Origin: a virus | Taxonomy: Duplodnaviria; Caudoviricetes | Virus record (IMG/VR): IMGVR_UViG_3300024042_000045 | Coordinates: 1 to 39,430 of that record | Length of the DNA stretch: 39,430 bases | Direction: 5' to 3' (one strand) | Shown here: in pieces, positions 25,552-36,159 of the stretch | How positions within the stretch are numbered: the first letter of the stretch is position 1 | Layout: the number at the start of each line of letters is the position of its first letter | Position numbers and translations under genes: made by a program | Notes under the pieces: model-generated | Databases searched by the model: none | What the model was told of the DNA's origin: nothing | The model's input: only the letters and a program-made list of their open reading frames with translations

Positions 25552-27581
25552 TGGTCGCCCGCCCAGGACGAATGCAATCGGCTTTCACCGCCGGCGAGCT
25601 CGGCCCGTATCTCCATGACCGCACCCAGTTGAAGTACTTCTCGACCGGGGTACAGCACGCAGAGAACGTCGTCATGATCCCTCAGGGAGGGTTTCGTAGC
25701 CGCGACGGTCTGCGCTTGATAGGCGACGTCCACCCGGAAGCCGAGAAGATCTTTCCCTTCCATGCGTCCAGCGGCGCGGTGTACGATCTCGTCTTCGGGG
25801 GCGAGACCTGCCAGGTGTGGTCCGCCTCCGCCCAGGAAACATCGTTTACCGTCGCCGGCATCTCGTCAGTAGTGCCGGAAATGACCTACGCCCAGCGGTC
25901 CGACACCATGTTCCTGTTTCACGAGGATCTGCAGTCGAAGCGTATCCGGGTGACAGACAGCGGGTGGATGGTCGATGACCTGCCGTACCAGAACCTGCCG
26001 AACTATGACTACGGCGGGGCCTATACCAACGGCGTCGCCGCGAAGTGGCGCCTCGAATTTGTCGGCCTCACGAGCGGCACCACGATTTTTGTCCTGACGG
26101 TCTCGGGCCAGGAGACGCAGTCGATCGCCTACAACTCGACCATGGCGACGCTCGCGGCCGATATCAGCGACGCGCTTGCGGACTTGCCGAACGTCTCGGC
26201 CGGCTTCTCGGTCACATCCCCCGGGGCCGGTAAGATCGAAATCACTTTCTCCGGATCCGGCAACGAAGGCGATGGATGGGCGGTATCCGGCCGCGTCATC
26301 AACAAGGCCGATGCCGCGATTGTCGCGGCCAAGCGCGTTTCCGGCGTCATGCCCGGCGAGGCTGTCATCTCCGACGATCGCGGCTGGCCGCAATGCGGCG
26401 TGTTCTGGCAGCAGCGCCTTTTGGTCGGCGGCTTCAAGTCCCTGCCGAACGCCTGGATGATGTCCTTGCAAGGCAACTATTTCAATTTCGATATCCGCTT
26501 CACCGAGGCCAACGGCCCGGCACTCATCCCCATGGACAAGGCGGGCGGTGAGAAGATCGAACGCATGGTCGACAACCTCAATCTTCTGATCTTCACCACG
26601 GAGGCGGAATACTGGATTGCGGAGCGCTCGCTTTCCAAGACGGAAGCGCCAAACCACGTGCAGGCCTCCCGCAACGGGATCCGTCGCGGAGTGCCCGTCA
26701 TCGAGAACGAGGGTGCCGCGCTTTGGTGCCATGCCAACGGCTCAACGATGGGCGAGCTTCGGTACACCGACGTCGAGGGAAACTTCGTCGCGATCGACAC
26801 CTCCCTTCTAGCGTCCCATCTTCTTGAGGATGTCGTCGACCAGGCGTCGCGCCGATCGGCCGCCTCGATGGACGGAAACATCCAGGCGATTGTTCGGTCA
26901 GACGGCCAAGCGCGACTGGTGACCCTTCTCCGCGAACAGGAGGTAACAGCCTACACGCGCCTCACGGCTGACACGACGTTCAAGGCGGTTGCCCGAAATG
27001 CACGGAACGAACTCTCCTTCATTGCAGACCGCGCCGGCGCGCGGTCGCTGCAGCGCCTTGAGCCGGGCCTATTGCTCGACGAAGCGATCAACGTCACCTC
27101 TGATAGTCCGGAAGGGATCGTAACCGGCCTCGGCAGGTTCAACGGTCGTACGCTGTGGGCAATCGCCGACGGCAACGTCTACGGGCCGTTCACCGTCAGC
27201 GGCGGCGCGATCGTCCTTCCCATCGCCGCGCGCCTTGTCACAGTCGGCACTTGGCGGCCGCCAGTCGTGTCCACCCTGCCGCCACCCCGAGAGGTCGGAC
27301 CGAATGTGGTTCTGAAGCGGAAGGCGCGCATCCATACGGTGCATATTTCCGTCGTCGACACGACCAGTCTCGCAATCGGCACCAATGGCGGCCAGATCCG
27401 TGAAGTCGACCTCTATCGCTATGGCGTGCTCGCCGACGTCCCGGAACTCTCCCAGGGCTTCACCGGGGAGATCAAGATCGCGGGACTGCGCGGCTATTCG
27501 GATGCTCCCTTCGTCACCATCTCCCAGCTTCGCCCCGGTAGACTGAACGTGCGCTCCATTACCGTCGAGACTGCATTATAG
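25551..27581 (+). CDS. Tail tubular protein B / nozzle (T7 gp12-like)
   Basis: QSAFTAGELGP, NVVMIPQGG, GWPQCGVFWQQRL motifs; 676 aa. Confidence 0.8.
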   Translation: MVARPGRMQSAFTAGELGPYLHDRTQLKYFSTGVQHAENVVMIPQGGFRSRDGLRLIGDVHPEAEKIFPFHASSGAVYDLVFGGETCQVWSASAQETSFTVAGISSVVPEMTYAQRSDTMFLFHEDLQSKRIRVTDSGWMVDDLPYQNLPNYDYGGAYTNGVAAKWRLEFVGLTSGTTIFVLTVSGQETQSIAYNSTMATLAADISDALADLPNVSAGFSVTSPGAGKIEITFSGSGNEGDGWAVSGRVINKADAAIVAAKRVSGVMPGEAVISDDRGWPQCGVFWQQRLLVGGFKSLPNAWMMSLQGNYFNFDIRFTEANGPALIPMDKAGGEKIERMVDNLNLLIFTTEAEYWIAERSLSKTEAPNHVQASRNGIRRGVPVIENEGAALWCHANGSTMGELRYTDVEGNFVAIDTSLLASHLLEDVVDQASRRSAASMDGNIQAIVRSDGQARLVTLLREQEVTAYTRLTADTTFKAVARNARNELSFIADRAGARSLQRLEPGLLLDEAINVTSDSPEGIVTGLGRFNGRTLWAIADGNVYGPFTVSGGAIVLPIAARLVTVGTWRPPVVSTLPPPREVGPNVVLKRKARIHTVHISVVDTTSLAIGTNGGQIREVDLYRYGVLADVPELSQGFTGEIKIAGLRGYSDAPFVTISQLRPGRLNVRSITVETAL

Positions 27582-27591
27582 GGAGACCGGC

Positions 27592-28182
27592 ATGGAGCTC
27601 GCGCTCGGGGCTATCGGCAAACTATTCGGTGCAGGCCTGACTGCGGCATCGGGTGCGGCAACGGGTGCCGCGGGTGCAGCCGCTGGCGCTGCCGGCGCGG
27701 CGGCGACTGGCGCCACCGCAGCAACCACGCTTGGATCGGGCGCATTGGGTGCCCTGCAGGGCTTTACGACAATTCTGAAGGTTCTCGGCGGCCTGGGCGC
27801 GGCCGCCGCTTCCGCCCGTGCAGACAATCAGCTGGCCGACCAAACAGACCTGCAGGCGGGGCAGGAACAATTGCTTGGCGAGCAGCGAAAGACGAAGATG
27901 AGCCGGGAGCTCGCGCGGGTCCTCGGCAACAACCAGGTGGCCTTTGCGGCGGCTGGGATCGACCTGACGCAGGGGATCGCTGCCGATAATGCGGCCAGTG
28001 CAAAACAGCGCGCCGCCAGCGAGATCTCGATTGACCAGCAGGACACGGAATTCAGGCGCGCCCTCTACCGCATGCGCGCCGGCGGATATCGCGACCGCGC
28101 CCGAGCGACGAAGGGCGGTGCGGTGCTTTCTGCGCTTGGTGACGTCGCCGGACTTGGCATCAGCCTGGCGGAGCGCGGCTAA
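27592..28182 (+). CDS. Internal virion (ejection) protein, Ala/Gly-rich
   Basis: Ala/Gly-rich amphipathic N-terminus; FAAAGIDL motif; gene order. Confidence 0.65.
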   Translation: MELALGAIGKLFGAGLTAASGAATGAAGAAAGAAGAAATGATAATTLGSGALGALQGFTTILKVLGGLGAAAASARADNQLADQTDLQAGQEQLLGEQRKTKMSRELARVLGNNQVAFAAAGIDLTQGIAADNAASAKQRAASEISIDQQDTEFRRALYRMRAGGYRDRARATKGGAVLSALGDVAGLGISLAERG

Positions 28183-31010
28183 TGGCGAACCGCTCTTCGC
28201 GTGATCCCGGGCAGCTCGCCCGCTTCGACATGTCCGCGGGTATTTCGCCGGACGTGCCGTCCTACGCTATTTATACCGGCCAAGCTGCCGAAGCCCTGGC
28301 CGCGGTCGCCGGCAGCCTTTCCACGCGCCTCGGCCAGATGGCCGATCGCGCCGCAAAACGCGAAGGTCAACTCGCCGGTTTGACGGCCGGCCAGGAGGCC
28401 GGCGCGGCCTATCTGCAGCAGCAAGCCGCAATCGGAGAAGCCGCCGGCGTTGCTGGAACCGGCCCCTGGTATGAGCAGGCAAAGGCCCTCCTTCGTAAGG
28501 AGGAGGGATTTCGTGATACCCCCTATTGGGACAAGACCGCCCACCGCGTCGGCTATGGATCGGACACGACGGTTACGGCCGATGGAAAAGTCGTGCGCGT
28601 CACGCAGAACATGCGGATCTCGCGCGAAGATGCCGAACGTGACCTCGACTATCGTCTCACCCAGCGGGAGGGCAAGAAGGCGCAAACCCAGATCGGCGCG
28701 ATGTGGGAGCGCTTGCCGGCGGGCGCAAAGGCCGGCCTTGCGTCTGTTGCCTACAATTACGGCTCGCTTCCCGCGAGCGTGGTGGCCGCGGCCAAGGGCG
28801 GCGACGTGGGCGCCATCGCCGACGCCGTGGGAGCGTTGCCGGCAAACGCCAAGCGCCGAGCAAGGGAGGCAGCCCTTATAAGAGGGGCTGCGTCGCAACC
28901 TCCATCAGAGGGGGACACCCAGGTCGTTAAGCGTCCTGTAGATGACAGCACAACGGCGCCTGTCCTATCGAAGGAGCCACTTGCCCTGCGCCATGACGGC
29001 ACCATTCGCGGTGACGCCTTCGACGACGCCGCGCTATCTGCCTGGGGTTGGCGGATGCAGGAAGGCGTAAGCTCCGACCTATTTGCAGCGCAGCTCGAGC
29101 ACGAGGACGACCCGGCGGGCTTTGCCGCCGCCGCCGGCAAGATCCGCGCGAAATATGCCGCCGAGCTGCCGGACATCAAGATGCGCGAGATGTTCGAGGA
29201 GACCTTCGCCAAGAACACGCGGGCGTACGCGATGAATATCGCCTCGCGCCAGGAGGCGCGCCTTCGCCAAGAGCAAGAAGCCTCCTTTGCCGCCGGGCTT
29301 TCCGCAAAGTCGGTCGACATCGAGCGTCAGGCGCAGGTTCTCGGCGCCAATCCGCAGGGCGATGCGATTATTGGCGACCAGGTCGCAACCCTGCAGCGCT
29401 CGATCGACGGCGCCGTCGAACAGGGCATTATCTCGCCGGCACAGGCCGAGACGGAAAAACAGCGCATTGCCAAGACAGCCGCCTTCGGCCGCGTCCAGGG
29501 CGTGTTCGAGGCACTGCCGACCGCGGAAGCTAAGGAGCAGTTCGCGCTTGAGCTTCTCGAGGACTGGCGCGCGGGCAAGGGGCCGATGGCGAAGCTGCCC
29601 TTCGCCGAGGTCAAGGCGCGATCCGACATCCTCTTCAACGAGGCGCGCGCCCAGATCAATCGGCGGATCGCCGCCAACAAGGGGGAGGCAGCTCGCCTCG
29701 ATGCGCTGATCAAGGACGACGTCGCCAGCATTGCCGCCGGCGGCAAGGGGCTCGATCCAGCCGAGAGTGGCCTCAGCGTAGACCGGTTGCGTGATGTCGC
29801 CGGCGACGAAGCCGTCACGGCCTGGCAGCGCGAACAGGACAAGGCCCGCAAACTCTACTCGGCAACGAACGGCATGGAAGTGCAGAGCGCGGCCGACATA
29901 GCGGACCGTCTGAAGGTGATGCGGCCGGAACCCGGCAAGCCTGGATACACAGACGATCTGGCTGTTTTCGAGGCCGCGCAGAAGCGTGCCCAGGATGTCT
30001 TGAAGGAGCGCGAGACCGATCCTCTTGGCCAGGCGGCCCGAGGCGGCGCGCTGGAGCTCTCCACGATCGACCCGACGTCGGCCGAGGCACTTGCCGGCAG
30101 TCTGCAAACTCGTCGCGCGCAGCGCGACCAGGTCGCCGGCCTCTACCAGCAGGACGTGCCCTATTTCCGGCCAGGCGAAAAGGAGATGCTGTCCTCGGCG
30201 CTGATGCGCCAACCAGAAATGCTGCCGGCTTTCGCGCAGACCGTCGCCAAGGTGTTCGGACGGCAGGCGCCCCGCGTGCTCTCCGAGCTTTCGGACGATG
30301 CGCCTGTCATCGCTCATGCAAGCGGCCTTGCGCTCGCAACGGGCGATACTTCGGTGGCGAACGACGTCGCCAACGCACTCGCCATGAAGCGCGAAAAGGT
30401 CTTTACGGCGAAGATGCCATCCCTCGGCGACATGAGCAATTTCGCCGCCGGTCAGATCGGCGGCGCTCTGGCGGCGGACGGGCGGACGCAAAGCGCCATG
30501 GTGCAGACCGCGGCTATCCTCTTCGAGCAGGCAGCGAACCTGCAGGGCTTCGATCCCAGCGACCTGAAGACGGAAGGATCGATCGCGCAGCTCGCCTTCG
30601 CGAAAGCACTCGACCGCGCCGCCGGCGGCCGTTCCGTTGGTGGCGTTGCCTATGGCGGCCTCGGTGAAGTCAATGGTGGCCGCATCGTCGTCCCCGCCGA
30701 CATGCCAAAGGATCGCCCTCAAGCACTCCTCCAGGATCTGACGGACGAGCAGCTCGCCATGCTTCCACCGATCCGAAGCGCGAACGACTTCCCCATTCCG
30801 GTCGATCGGATCCGCAATGCACAGCTCATCTCCGCTGGCGACGGCCTCTACCGCGTCGCGCTCGGCGACGCGATGGGCGACGAGCCTCAATTCCTCGCCA
30901 ATCCTGACGGGGGTTTCTGGCTGCTGGATATCCGCGCCCTCGAGCGCGTGGCCGCCAACACACCGGGCGTCAAGGATTTTAACCTGTTCGGCTGGCAGCC
31001 TGCGAGGTAG
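28182..31010 (+). CDS. Internal virion/ejection protein with a T4-lysozyme-like (GH24) domain
   Basis: LLRKEEGFRDTPYWD..HRVGYG...SVAYNYG...KRRAREAAL within a 942-aa helical protein. Confidence 0.75.
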   Translation: MANRSSRDPGQLARFDMSAGISPDVPSYAIYTGQAAEALAAVAGSLSTRLGQMADRAAKREGQLAGLTAGQEAGAAYLQQQAAIGEAAGVAGTGPWYEQAKALLRKEEGFRDTPYWDKTAHRVGYGSDTTVTADGKVVRVTQNMRISREDAERDLDYRLTQREGKKAQTQIGAMWERLPAGAKAGLASVAYNYGSLPASVVAAAKGGDVGAIADAVGALPANAKRRAREAALIRGAASQPPSEGDTQVVKRPVDDSTTAPVLSKEPLALRHDGTIRGDAFDDAALSAWGWRMQEGVSSDLFAAQLEHEDDPAGFAAAAGKIRAKYAAELPDIKMREMFEETFAKNTRAYAMNIASRQEARLRQEQEASFAAGLSAKSVDIERQAQVLGANPQGDAIIGDQVATLQRSIDGAVEQGIISPAQAETEKQRIAKTAAFGRVQGVFEALPTAEAKEQFALELLEDWRAGKGPMAKLPFAEVKARSDILFNEARAQINRRIAANKGEAARLDALIKDDVASIAAGGKGLDPAESGLSVDRLRDVAGDEAVTAWQREQDKARKLYSATNGMEVQSAADIADRLKVMRPEPGKPGYTDDLAVFEAAQKRAQDVLKERETDPLGQAARGGALELSTIDPTSAEALAGSLQTRRAQRDQVAGLYQQDVPYFRPGEKEMLSSALMRQPEMLPAFAQTVAKVFGRQAPRVLSELSDDAPVIAHASGLALATGDTSVANDVANALAMKREKVFTAKMPSLGDMSNFAAGQIGGALAADGRTQSAMVQTAAILFEQAANLQGFDPSDLKTEGSIAQLAFAKALDRAAGGRSVGGVAYGGLGEVNGGRIVVPADMPKDRPQALLQDLTDEQLAMLPPIRSANDFPIPVDRIRNAQLISAGDGLYRVALGDAMGDEPQFLANPDGGFWLLDIRALERVAANTPGVKDFNLFGWQPAR

Positions 31011-31012
31011 GC

Positions 31013-32866
31013 ATGAGCTTCTGGTACAGCGACCTTAGCAACGAGCGGCCGACGTCGATCGCCGGCGGGCAGTCTTCGCTTTCGGAGATATACAACGCAG
31101 CCTCCGAGCAGCTGAGGTTCGTCGACAACTCCAATTCGAGCTCGGAAGCGCTCACACGCGCCTACGCTGACCGGATCCAAGCTATCCAGGAGGCGACGGG
31201 CGAGACCACCGTCAATCCGATGGAGGCGGACCGCCGCGATCTGGATGTGCCCGGCGACCCGAACTTCACGCCGACAGCCGCCGTGCCGGTCGATCCGATG
31301 CGTCAGGCGCAGCGCTTGCAGGCCAGTGTCGACGGTTTCAATGCCTGGCTTGCCGACGTGGCGAAGCGGCATCCGGATCAGGCCGGGATCATCCGCGCCG
31401 ACACTCCCGTCGAGCGCGATGCCGAGGCGCTGGCCCGCCACGTCGATGAACACCTTGCGCAGACGCTTGCGGCCCGCGACGGCATCGGCAAATGGGCGGC
31501 ACTGTTCGGCGGCGGCATTCGCGGAGCATTCTACGACCCCTTGCAGGCGTTGACGCTCATCGCCGGCGGCGGCCCAGGGGCTGCGCGCACGGTCGGCGGC
31601 CGGATCCTGACGGTTGCCTTGAAGGAGGCCGTCATCAATGGGGGCGCCGAGGCGATCATGCAGCCGGATGTCCAAGCCTGGCGAGCGAAAATCGGCCTCG
31701 ATGCCGGCTTCATCGAGGGGGCGAGAAATGTTGCTTTTGCCGCTGCGCTCGGCGCCGGCTTCGGCGGCCTGGTGCAGGGCGGCGCCGAGGGCGTCTCCCG
31801 TATTCTTCGCGGACGCGCCCTCGACCAGGCGGCCGAGATCGTTGCAGCCGATCCCTCCGCCCACGCGGCCCTGCGCGAAGGGATGGCCGGCGATGGCGGA
31901 CGGGCTGCCGAGATCCTCGCGCCACTACGCCACGCGTTGCCCGCCGACGCCCGCGGGGCGATGGATGTCTTGAAGCTTGACCGCGAACTCGACGAGATCC
32001 GCCCAGCCGCGGCGACACCAGAGATACATGAGCAGGCGATCGCGCGCGCGGTTCGCGCCGCCCAGGAGAACGGCGCCTTTCATTTCGATGCAGATCCCGC
32101 ACAGGTGCAGCGCATCGTTGCGCACCTGGTGCCGGAGGCGTCCGCATCCGGGTCCCGGAAGGGGGACGCAACCTTGCAGCAGTTCCTGATGCGTGCCGGC
32201 GGCGTCGAGGATTTCAAGGGTGAAATTGCCGCCCTCGGTCTCGGAAACGCCTCAGAGCGCTTCGTTGGCCGCCTGGTGAAGGACGGCGGCATGCCACTCG
32301 ACGAGGCGCGCCGCGCGGCGGCCGAGGCCGGTTATTTCAATCACCTCTATGGGACCGCGGACAATGCCGTGGAAAAGAGCACGGTCGCCGACCTGCTCGA
32401 CGAGCTCGACGCTGCTGCCCGCGAAGGCGCACCGGCGGCAGACGACGGCGGACGCGCTTATGCCGAGAGCCTGGTGCACGAGCTCGTGACGCGCGCGGGG
32501 CCGGCCGTCGACGACACGCTGATCCTGAAGGCGGCCGAGCTCGTCAACGCAGAGAACATCGCGCCGGCTGAGGCGCTCGACCGCGTATTGATCGCGGCCG
32601 ACGAGGCGGATCGCGTGACAGGCTCGGCAACCAGGCTGCCGACCGCTCCGGAGCGCATAGACCAATCGAGCCTGCGCGGCGGCCTCGACGATCCCGGCCG
32701 GCCCATCGAGGACACATTCTTCACGGATGCGGATATTGCCGATCTTCCGGACGACTTCGAAATCCCCTTCTTCGACGACGGCCGCGCGGCGACGCCCGAA
32801 GGCCTGAAGGCCGAGCTCGAGCGGCTCGACGATCTTTCCATGCTGGTGGAGGCCTGCCGGGTATGA
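31013..32866 (+). CDS. Internal virion/ejection protein
   Basis: 617 aa; Gly/Ala hydrophobic segments; GAGGT RBS; gene order. Confidence 0.65.
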   Translation: MSFWYSDLSNERPTSIAGGQSSLSEIYNAASEQLRFVDNSNSSSEALTRAYADRIQAIQEATGETTVNPMEADRRDLDVPGDPNFTPTAAVPVDPMRQAQRLQASVDGFNAWLADVAKRHPDQAGIIRADTPVERDAEALARHVDEHLAQTLAARDGIGKWAALFGGGIRGAFYDPLQALTLIAGGGPGAARTVGGRILTVALKEAVINGGAEAIMQPDVQAWRAKIGLDAGFIEGARNVAFAAALGAGFGGLVQGGAEGVSRILRGRALDQAAEIVAADPSAHAALREGMAGDGGRAAEILAPLRHALPADARGAMDVLKLDRELDEIRPAAATPEIHEQAIARAVRAAQENGAFHFDADPAQVQRIVAHLVPEASASGSRKGDATLQQFLMRAGGVEDFKGEIAALGLGNASERFVGRLVKDGGMPLDEARRAAAEAGYFNHLYGTADNAVEKSTVADLLDELDAAAREGAPAADDGGRAYAESLVHELVTRAGPAVDDTLILKAAELVNAENIAPAEALDRVLIAADEADRVTGSATRLPTAPERIDQSSLRGGLDDPGRPIEDTFFTDADIADLPDDFEIPFFDDGRAATPEGLKAELERLDDLSMLVEACRV

Positions 32867-35367
32867 GCTTCAACGATTGTCTCAATAACGCCGTCGAGGG
32901 CGGTGCGCTCTCGAAAGAGGATGCAAAGAGGCTCCAGCGGCAGTTCGATCGCTTTCGTGAGAAATTTGCGGGCAACAGCGAGACGATGGCCGATGCCGAG
33001 GCAAAGCGTGCCCTGGCGGAACTCCTGAAGGCGGAGAGCGCACACCAGAAACGGAAGGCGAAACTGTCCCTCTCGTCGATCAAGCGCATTGCCGCGGATC
33101 TGGGATCGTACAAGAACGCCAAGGGGGAGCACGATATCGGCGCCGCTGCGCTCGATCTCCTCGAGCACTATGGAACCGCTCCGTTCGACAGTGTCGAAGG
33201 GCGGCGCAAGGCGATCGTCGGCATGGCTCACGCGCGCATGGATGATCTCCTTGCCCATTTCCGCCGGTCGGCGATCGCCGGCGACAAGCTGCGCCACAAC
33301 CGCGCCCAGCTCGACAACGTCGTGAAGGAGGCCTTCGGTGAAAATAGCGGCGATGCCGTCTCTCGGCATTTCGCGAAGGTGTGGGAAGACACGCACGAAT
33401 GGCTGCGCCAGCGCTTCAACGCCGCCGGCGGCGCAATCGGCAAGCTGGAACGCTGGGGTCTCCCGCAGCATCACGACGCGCGGGCACTCCGAAAGGTCGG
33501 TCTCCAGCAGTGGAGAGACGATATCCGGCCGCTTCTCGATGTCGGCCGCATGAAGCATCCTCTCACAGGCGAGGCTGTCGACGCGCGCGAACTCGATGAT
33601 ATCCTCGAGGGGATATGGACGAACATCGCCACCGAAGGATGGGCTGGCCGGGATCCCATGCGCCAGTCCTTCGGCACGGGCGCCCTCGCCAACCAGCGGG
33701 CCGAGCATCGCTTCCTCGTCTTTCGGGACGCGGAAAGCTGGATGCGCTACCAGCGCGACTATGGCGGAGGCGGCGATGCCTTCGCCGCGATGATGGGGCA
33801 CATCAACGGCATGGCGAAGGACGTCGCTGCTATGGAGGTGCTGGGGCCGAACCCGAATGGCACGATCGAGTGGATCAAGCAGGGGCTGACGAAGGAGGCC
33901 CAGCTGAAGGCGGCCGGCAAGCCCAGCCGATTCGCCGGTAAATCGGCGAACGCACTCGACGCGGCCCGCGGCATTGAGCGGAAGATCGACGCGGTATGGG
34001 GATCGATCCGTGGCACGCTCGAGACGCCGGTCAACGGGCGATGGGCCGCGGGACTTGCCGCCACGCGGGGTCTGATCACGGCCAGCGTTCTCGGCTCCGC
34101 GGCGATATCGTCTCTTTCGGATGTCGGCACCACGATGGCCGCCCGGCACTTTGCCGGCATCGGAGCCAAGGGTGCCTTCGCGGATCTCGTCAAGGCTCTT
34201 GGCAACCAGACGCGGCGCGAGGCTGTCGCATCCGGCCTGATCCTCGATGAAGCAATGCATGTTTTCCACGCCCAGGCGCGCTATGTCGGCACGATCGACG
34301 GCCCGGGCTGGTCGAGCTTCATTGCTGATCGCGTGCTCACCTATTCCGGCCTGACACCCTGGACGCAGGCTGGGCGCCATGCTTTTGGCCTGGCTTTCAT
34401 GCGGACGGCCGCCGAGAACGTGGGAAAGACATTCGACGCGCTTCCGGAAGGGCTGCGCTCTACCTTCGCCCGGTATGGTATCCGTCAGGCCGACTGGGAA
34501 AAGATGCGCCGTATGCCGATGCATGACATGGGCAAGGGCACGAACTTGCTGCGGCCGAATGAAATCGCGGAGCGTGTCGACGAGCGCCTAGCCGAAAAAT
34601 ATCTCGGCATGATCCAGTCCGAAACGGAATATGCAATTCCGTCCGGATCGCAACGCTCGAAGGTCTTCATGCTCGACCAGAACCGGCCGGGCACATTCAT
34701 TGGCGAGGTGCTGCGCTCCTTCGCACAGTTCAAAAGCTTCGGCGTTGTCTTCCTTTTGCTGCACGGCCGTAGGATCCAGGACATGCTTTCGTCCGGACAG
34801 AAGATGGCTGCCGCGGCGTACGCCGGATCGATCTTCATCTCTACGACACTGTTCGGTGGCGCGGCCCTGCAGCTGAAGCAGATGGCGCAGGGGCGCGACC
34901 CCCAGGACATGAACCCGATCAGCAGCCCTGAATTCTGGGGAGCCGCCATCCTGCAAGGCGGCGGCCTCGGGATCTATGGTGACTTCCTCTTTTCAAACCT
35001 CAACCGTTACGGCGGTGGATTTGCGAGCACTTTCGGCGGGCCGTTGATGCAGCGCGCAAACGACGCCTGGAACCTGACGGCCGGAAACGTGGTGCAACTT
35101 GCCAGCGGAGAGAAGACGCATTTCGGCCGCGAGCTCGTGAAGTTCGCCAAGGCCAATACCCCGGGATCGAGCATCTGGTACGCTCGGCTTGCCTGGGAAC
35201 GGCTGCTGATGGATCAGCTGCAGTTCCTGGTCGATCCCGAGGCGAACAAGGCGTTCAAGCAGCGCCAGCGCTTCTTCGCGCGAGAATACGGCCAAGGCTT
35301 CTGGTGGGCCCCCGGCCGGCTGGCACCTTCGCGCACGCCGGATCTCGGAGCGCTGGGCGGCGGTTGA
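32863..35367 (+). CDS. Large internal virion/ejection protein
   Basis: 834 aa; ATGA overlap; LPQHHD, QFKSF, GGGLGIYGDFL motifs. Confidence 0.7.
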   Translation: MSFNDCLNNAVEGGALSKEDAKRLQRQFDRFREKFAGNSETMADAEAKRALAELLKAESAHQKRKAKLSLSSIKRIAADLGSYKNAKGEHDIGAAALDLLEHYGTAPFDSVEGRRKAIVGMAHARMDDLLAHFRRSAIAGDKLRHNRAQLDNVVKEAFGENSGDAVSRHFAKVWEDTHEWLRQRFNAAGGAIGKLERWGLPQHHDARALRKVGLQQWRDDIRPLLDVGRMKHPLTGEAVDARELDDILEGIWTNIATEGWAGRDPMRQSFGTGALANQRAEHRFLVFRDAESWMRYQRDYGGGGDAFAAMMGHINGMAKDVAAMEVLGPNPNGTIEWIKQGLTKEAQLKAAGKPSRFAGKSANALDAARGIERKIDAVWGSIRGTLETPVNGRWAAGLAATRGLITASVLGSAAISSLSDVGTTMAARHFAGIGAKGAFADLVKALGNQTRREAVASGLILDEAMHVFHAQARYVGTIDGPGWSSFIADRVLTYSGLTPWTQAGRHAFGLAFMRTAAENVGKTFDALPEGLRSTFARYGIRQADWEKMRRMPMHDMGKGTNLLRPNEIAERVDERLAEKYLGMIQSETEYAIPSGSQRSKVFMLDQNRPGTFIGEVLRSFAQFKSFGVVFLLLHGRRIQDMLSSGQKMAAAAYAGSIFISTTLFGGAALQLKQMAQGRDPQDMNPISSPEFWGAAILQGGGLGIYGDFLFSNLNRYGGGFASTFGGPLMQRANDAWNLTAGNVVQLASGEKTHFGRELVKFAKANTPGSSIWYARLAWERLLMDQLQFLVDPEANKAFKQRQRFFAREYGQGFWWAPGRLAPSRTPDLGALGGG

Positions 35368-35390
35368 CCCGACTTCCTCCATGAAAAGAT
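35364..35390 (+). promoter_or_regulatory. Putative late promoter motif, copy 4 (tail fibre)
   Basis: TTGACC-N15-AAAGAT, followed by an RBS-covering hairpin at 35388-35416. Confidence 0.45.
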
Positions 35391-35420
35391 CAGCCATCTG
35401 AAACAGAGGGTCGGTCCCCT

Positions 35421-36149
35421 ATGAGTGTCGTCCTGCCGATCGAGGAAGACCCGCGCTACCGCATTTATACGGCCAGTGCCGGACAGACACAGTTCGCCAT
35501 TCCGTTTCCGTTCCAGCAGGCCGCCGACATCGCCGTCGCCCTACAGACGGCTCCGGGCGTATGGGAGGAGCTGTCGGCTCTGCTCTTCGACATTTCAGGC
35601 GCCGGAGGCGCGGAAGGCGGAATGCTCCAATTCCATGTCGGACGGGCAGTCGGCGAGAATATCCTCGTGCTGGGGAAAGCTGTCCTCGACCGCCTCGGCT
35701 CCATCACGCGCGCTGGCCGCTTCTCAAGCGAGCTTACTGACAGCGAATTCGATCGGGTCCGCATCATCCAGCAGGAAACGGCACGCGATGTCGCGCGGGC
35801 GATCAAGATGGACTATGGCGGCGCGCCCTTGACCGTCGCGCCGGATCTTGAAGACGGTCAGGTGCTCGTCAGATCCGGCGACTATCTCGCCGGCGGACCG
35901 AACGCGACGGCGATCATGGCTGTCGGCGAGGCCGCCGCCGCATCGGCCGACGCCGCGGCCGCGTCAGCTCAGGCCGCGGCAAATTCCGCCACAGCAGCGG
36001 CCACCTCTCGCGCCGCGGCGCAAAACCTCGTCGACGCGGCGCAGGCCGCCTACGTCGGCTTCCAACCCGGGACGTTCTACGACCTTGGGAGGGTGACCGA
36101 CGCGATCCAGCTTTTCCCCGGCGATCTTGGCCGGGTCACCGATCTTTGA
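35421..36149 (+). CDS. Tail fibre/adapter (T7 gp17 N-terminal-like head, Ala-rich stalk, duplicated DLGRVTD tail)
   Basis: YTASAGQTQFAIPFPF N-terminus; SEFDRVRIIQQE; AAASADAAAASA coiled coil. Confidence 0.75.
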   Translation: MSVVLPIEEDPRYRIYTASAGQTQFAIPFPFQQAADIAVALQTAPGVWEELSALLFDISGAGGAEGGMLQFHVGRAVGENILVLGKAVLDRLGSITRAGRFSSELTDSEFDRVRIIQQETARDVARAIKMDYGGAPLTVAPDLEDGQVLVRSGDYLAGGPNATAIMAVGEAAAASADAAAASAQAAANSATAAATSRAAAQNLVDAAQAAYVGFQPGTFYDLGRVTDAIQLFPGDLGRVTDL

Positions 36150-36159
36150 AGGGGCGGAG

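Noticed and set aside
29079-34524. Very long minus-strand ORFs (29079-30890, 32458-34524; also 12446-14185 and 23143-24540)
   Set aside because: Antisense shadows of real GC-rich genes with no recognisable motifs or RBS
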